Below are positions 60,851 to 64,000 of a DNA stretch of 64,000 bases, piece after piece. Position numbers and translations under genes: made by a program. Every line of letters begins with the position of its first letter. Position 1 is the stretch's first letter. This stretch comes from an uncultured Gemmatimonadales bacterium (GTDB taxonomy: Bacteria; Gemmatimonadota; Gemmatimonadetes; Gemmatimonadales; GWC2-71-9), in NCBI GenBank assembly GCA_963842945.1, contig CAWJIM010000023.1, positions 384,001 to 448,000 of the forward strand, given 5' to 3'. The notes below the pieces were generated by a model. That model worked only from the letters and a program-made list of their open reading frames with translations, searched no databases and was not told where the DNA came from.

Positions 60851-62013
60851 AGTGACTCCAGCACCTCGACCACGCGCGCCATATCGCTCGCGTCATTATA
60901 GGCATGCGGGCTGAGCCGGATGGCACCCTCCCGCAAACTGCAGATGATTCGCGCTGCCTTCAGCGCCCTGAAGGCCTCGCCCACGTTGGACGGTGCGATA
61001 CACAGGATCCCTGATGCGCGCTCACCCTGGGGGGAAACGATCCGCGCGCCGCTCCGGACTGCCCACGACAGCACGACCTGCTGCAAGGCGCACAGGTGCC
61101 GTTGAATGCGGGGAATGCCCAGCTCCAGCAGCAGCTCAACCGAGGCGTTCATGCCGGCAAAGTCCTGATACGGCAGGGTGATCAGCTCGAATCGACGAGC
61201 ATCTCCGCGCAGGGTGTCATTGTACTGGGTGAGTCGGCTGAAATCGTCCGTCCCCTCGTACGCCATCCAGCCGGTGATGGCCGGCGTCAGTTGCCGGATC
61301 AGCTCGCGACGCACGTACACGAAGCCAGATCCCCAGGGCGACAGCAGCCACTTCTGCGCCCCGCAGGCCATGAGGTCCACCGGCGTTGCGCCCACATCAA
61401 CCGGGATCTGGCCTACGCCCTGGATGGCGTCGACCACGAGGTACGTCCCGGCAGCGCGGGTGGCCGCGGACAGCCGCGCCAGGTCGACAGCATAGCCATT
61501 GCTAAACTGGACCAGTGATACCGCCAGGACCCTGACTCGAGGGTCCCTGAGCCGCTCGACCAGGTAATCCTCATCCGGCCAGCCACCGGGCGTGGTGGGA
61601 GCAAGCTCCAGCGTCACCCCATTCTCCTTCAGGAGCATCCAGGGATACACGTTGGCGGGGAATTCCTTATCGCTGGTGAGGACGATGTCCCCTGGACGGA
61701 GCGGAAGCGCCCGGGCGGCCAAACTCAGTCCGAACCCGGTGTTCAGTGTAAGAGCGATCTCCTCGGGTACCGCCCCAATCAGCTGTGCTGAGAGACGGCG
61801 GGACTCGGCGAGGGTGTGCATGAGATCGCGATCCGGGAGCTGAAACGGAGCGGCTCGCTTGCGGTTAAATGTCTCCAGCGCAACCCGGGTGCGCTCCGGG
61901 AGAGGACCGACACTCGCGTGGTTCAAGTACACCGTCTCGGCGGTCCAGGGAAACTCTCGCTGGCGAAGGCCGGCCACATCGTATTCCGGAACCACGTGGG
62001 TGGCAGGACTCAT
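60847..62013 (-). CDS. Class V PLP-dependent aminotransferase
   Basis: YLNHASVGP, EFPANVYPW, VDAIQ, GAQKWLL. Confidence 0.9.
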   Translation of the reverse strand: MSPATHVVPEYDVAGLRQREFPWTAETVYLNHASVGPLPERTRVALETFNRKRAAPFQLPDRDLMHTLAESRRLSAQLIGAVPEEIALTLNTGFGLSLAARALPLRPGDIVLTSDKEFPANVYPWMLLKENGVTLELAPTTPGGWPDEDYLVERLRDPRVRVLAVSLVQFSNGYAVDLARLSAATRAAGTYLVVDAIQGVGQIPVDVGATPVDLMACGAQKWLLSPWGSGFVYVRRELIRQLTPAITGWMAYEGTDDFSRLTQYNDTLRGDARRFELITLPYQDFAGMNASVELLLELGIPRIQRHLCALQQVVLSWAVRSGARIVSPQGERASGILCIAPSNVGEAFRALKAARIICSLREGAIRLSPHAYNDASDMARVVEVLESL

Positions 62014-62855
62014 CGCTCGCTCCGGAGTCGTGGATCATAGGCTTCCCGGAGGCCATCACCCACGAGATTGAAGCCCAACACCGCGATGCCGATTGCCAGG
62101 CCGGGGGCGAACGAGATCCAGGGAGCCACCCGCAGCAGGTCTCGCCCGTCGGCCACCATCGCCCCCCAGCTTGGGGTGGGAGGCTGAGCTCCCAGTCCCA
62201 CAAAGGACAGGGCGGCTTCGGCCATGATCGCACCGGCGATCCCCAGGGTTGCCGCTATGATCACCTGGGTGCGCACGTTGGGTAGAAGGTGGCGAAGAAG
62301 GACCCGCCGGTCGCGAGCCCCTAGCGCCTGGGCGGCGGCCACGAACTCGGATCGACGAAGCACCAGCACCTGGCTCCGTACCAGTCGCGCCATCCCGGCC
62401 CACCCTACGACTCCGATCACCACGAACACCAGCGGAAGCGAGGGCTTCACCGCAGCAGCTACGGCGATCAAGAGCAGCAGGGTTGGGAAGGCGAGAGTGA
62501 TGTCGGCCAGGCGCATCACCAGGGCGTCAACCCAACGTCCGTAATATCCCGCGAGCAAGCCGAGCAGCACACCGATCGTCACGGATACCGATTGCGAGAT
62601 GAGTCCGACGGATAACGACAAGCGGGCTCCGTAGAGGACTCGGCTGAGGACATCACGCCCCTGGGTATCGGTTCCCAGCCAGAACCGGGACCCGGGGGAG
62701 ATCAGGTAAGCCCCCCGCAAGTCGCCGGTAAGCGGGTCATGAGGGGACACCCAAGGCGCCAGCAGGGCCGCTGCGACCACCAGCGTCACGAACAGCAGAC
62801 CGAGCTGAAAGAACCGGTCCGTCCGGAGCTTCTCGGCCAGAGGACTTTGTCGCAT
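62010..62855 (-). CDS. Peptide/nickel ABC transporter permease (DppC/OppC)
   Basis: LGTDTQGRD, EFVAAAQALGA, RHLLPN, SFVGLG, PSWG. Confidence 0.93.
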   Translation of the reverse strand: MRQSPLAEKLRTDRFFQLGLLFVTLVVAAALLAPWVSPHDPLTGDLRGAYLISPGSRFWLGTDTQGRDVLSRVLYGARLSLSVGLISQSVSVTIGVLLGLLAGYYGRWVDALVMRLADITLAFPTLLLLIAVAAAVKPSLPLVFVVIGVVGWAGMARLVRSQVLVLRRSEFVAAAQALGARDRRVLLRHLLPNVRTQVIIAATLGIAGAIMAEAALSFVGLGAQPPTPSWGAMVADGRDLLRVAPWISFAPGLAIGIAVLGFNLVGDGLREAYDPRLRSER

Positions 62856-62998
62856 CCTGCTCCTGTGACGTGCGTTACGCGCCGTGAGGTAGGAATGGCA
62901 CAGGACCAGCTGGACCATTCCCAGGCCCCCACCAGTGCATGATTCTTGCAAACTAGCTCCGGTTCGATGCGATGTCGCGAACCTCTGTGGGAGAACCG

Positions 62999-64000
62999 GT
63001 GATACCCGACAGTCCGTTTACCCTGGTACTGAGCGGTGGTGGGCTCAAAGGACTGGCCCATATCGGGGTTCTCCGCGCCCTCGAGGAACGGGAACTGGTC
63101 CCGAGCCTGGTAGTCGGTTCCAGCATTGGCTCCCTGATCGCTGCCGCCTGGGCTGCCGGGGTGCCAACCCCACGGATGGAGGCGCGGGCTCGGCTGGTCC
63201 GCCGCCGGGACGTCTTTCAGGTGGCCCGCGCCGACGTGGCCTTCCGCCGTCTCCTCGCTCCCGCCCTGTATCGCCGTGAACCGCTGGAGGCTCTGATCGA
63301 CTACCTCGTGGGTGACGTCACCTTCGACGATCTGCCACGCCGCCTACTGATCAATACCGTGGACCTGCATTCGGGCATGCAGGTGATGTGGGGACTTCCG
63401 GGGCTCCGCAGCACCCGGGTTGCCGATGCGGTGGCGGCTTCCTGTGCCCTGCCCGGGATCTTTCCACCGATGGAGATCAACGGCCGCGCCTACGTAGACG
63501 GCGCCGTGATTGAGAACCTGCCCGTCCGGATGGCTGCTTCTCTGGGCCAGGGTCCCATTCTGGCTATCAACGTAGCGGCAACCAGCGTGCTCCGCTCCGA
63601 GACCGAGACCCGGGGGTTTGCCGCCACCTATATCCGAGGACTCGAGATCGTAATGCAGACCCAGATCGAGGCCCAGCTGCGAGACTGGAAGGGTCCACCT
63701 CTGGTGCTGGTGCAGCCGCGGGTCGAGCACATCTCCATGTTCGCGTTCGACAAGACGGCGGAGTTGATCGAGGCGGGGTACCGAGCTACCGCGAGCACGC
63801 TGGACCAGCTGGGCACCCGGCTCAGTGGCGTCACCGGCGGCATGCACCCGACACGGCGACTCCGAGTTTTGGTAGACGAGTCTCGCTGCGTGGGATGTGG
63901 CAGCTGTGTCATTCAGGCACCTCAGGTGTTCCGTCTCGACGCGCGCGGCAAGGCCGAGGTACTCACCCCGGTACAGACCTGGTCTCCTATCGATGGCGCC
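62999..64000 (+). CDS. Patatin-like phospholipase fused to a C-terminal ferredoxin; runs off the window edge
   Basis: Manual translation: LSGGGLKG, GSSIG, DGA, then in frame VDESRCVGCGSCVIQAPQVFRLD. Confidence 0.88.
   Translation, partial: MIPDSPFTLVLSGGGLKGLAHIGVLRALEERELVPSLVVGSSIGSLIAAAWAAGVPTPRMEARARLVRRRDVFQVARADVAFRRLLAPALYRREPLEALIDYLVGDVTFDDLPRRLLINTVDLHSGMQVMWGLPGLRSTRVADAVAASCALPGIFPPMEINGRAYVDGAVIENLPVRMAASLGQGPILAINVAATSVLRSETETRGFAATYIRGLEIVMQTQIEAQLRDWKGPPLVLVQPRVEHISMFAFDKTAELIEAGYRATASTLDQLGTRLSGVTGGMHPTRRLRVLVDESRCVGCGSCVIQAPQVFRLDARGKAEVLTPVQTWSPIDGA

Overview
GC-rich bacterial chromosomal segment. Gene content and protein style suggest Gemmatimonadota, which is an inference. 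It carries housekeeping genes (acnA, rho, ruvX, mltG, thiE, aroH, tdh, kbl, argR, PBP1A, tyrS), a stand-alone formate-dehydrogenase-type molybdoenzyme, several signalling genes, and an ~18 kb glycan (EPS/surface polysaccharide) modification cluster transcribed divergently from a REC-GGDEF / sigma-54 activator / histidine kinase block. About nine genes are broken by single-base indels, most likely consensus sequencing errors. No rRNA, tRNA, CRISPR array or mobile element was recognised. The most notable unexplained signals are: a 57-aa microprotein with its own sigma-54 promoter, RBS and terminator; a stand-alone 60-aa HisKA/DHp protein beside an orphan REC-HD-GYP; a four-way-junction RNA structure upstream of an NYN-LOTUS ribonuclease; a patatin-ferredoxin fusion; a degenerate GGDEF with an intact RxxD site facing a sigma-54/IHF-type glycan promoter; a GT2 plus pseudo-GT2 pair; a Cys-less AsnB; and a recurrent leaderless-gene signature (TANNNT-N6/7-ATG).
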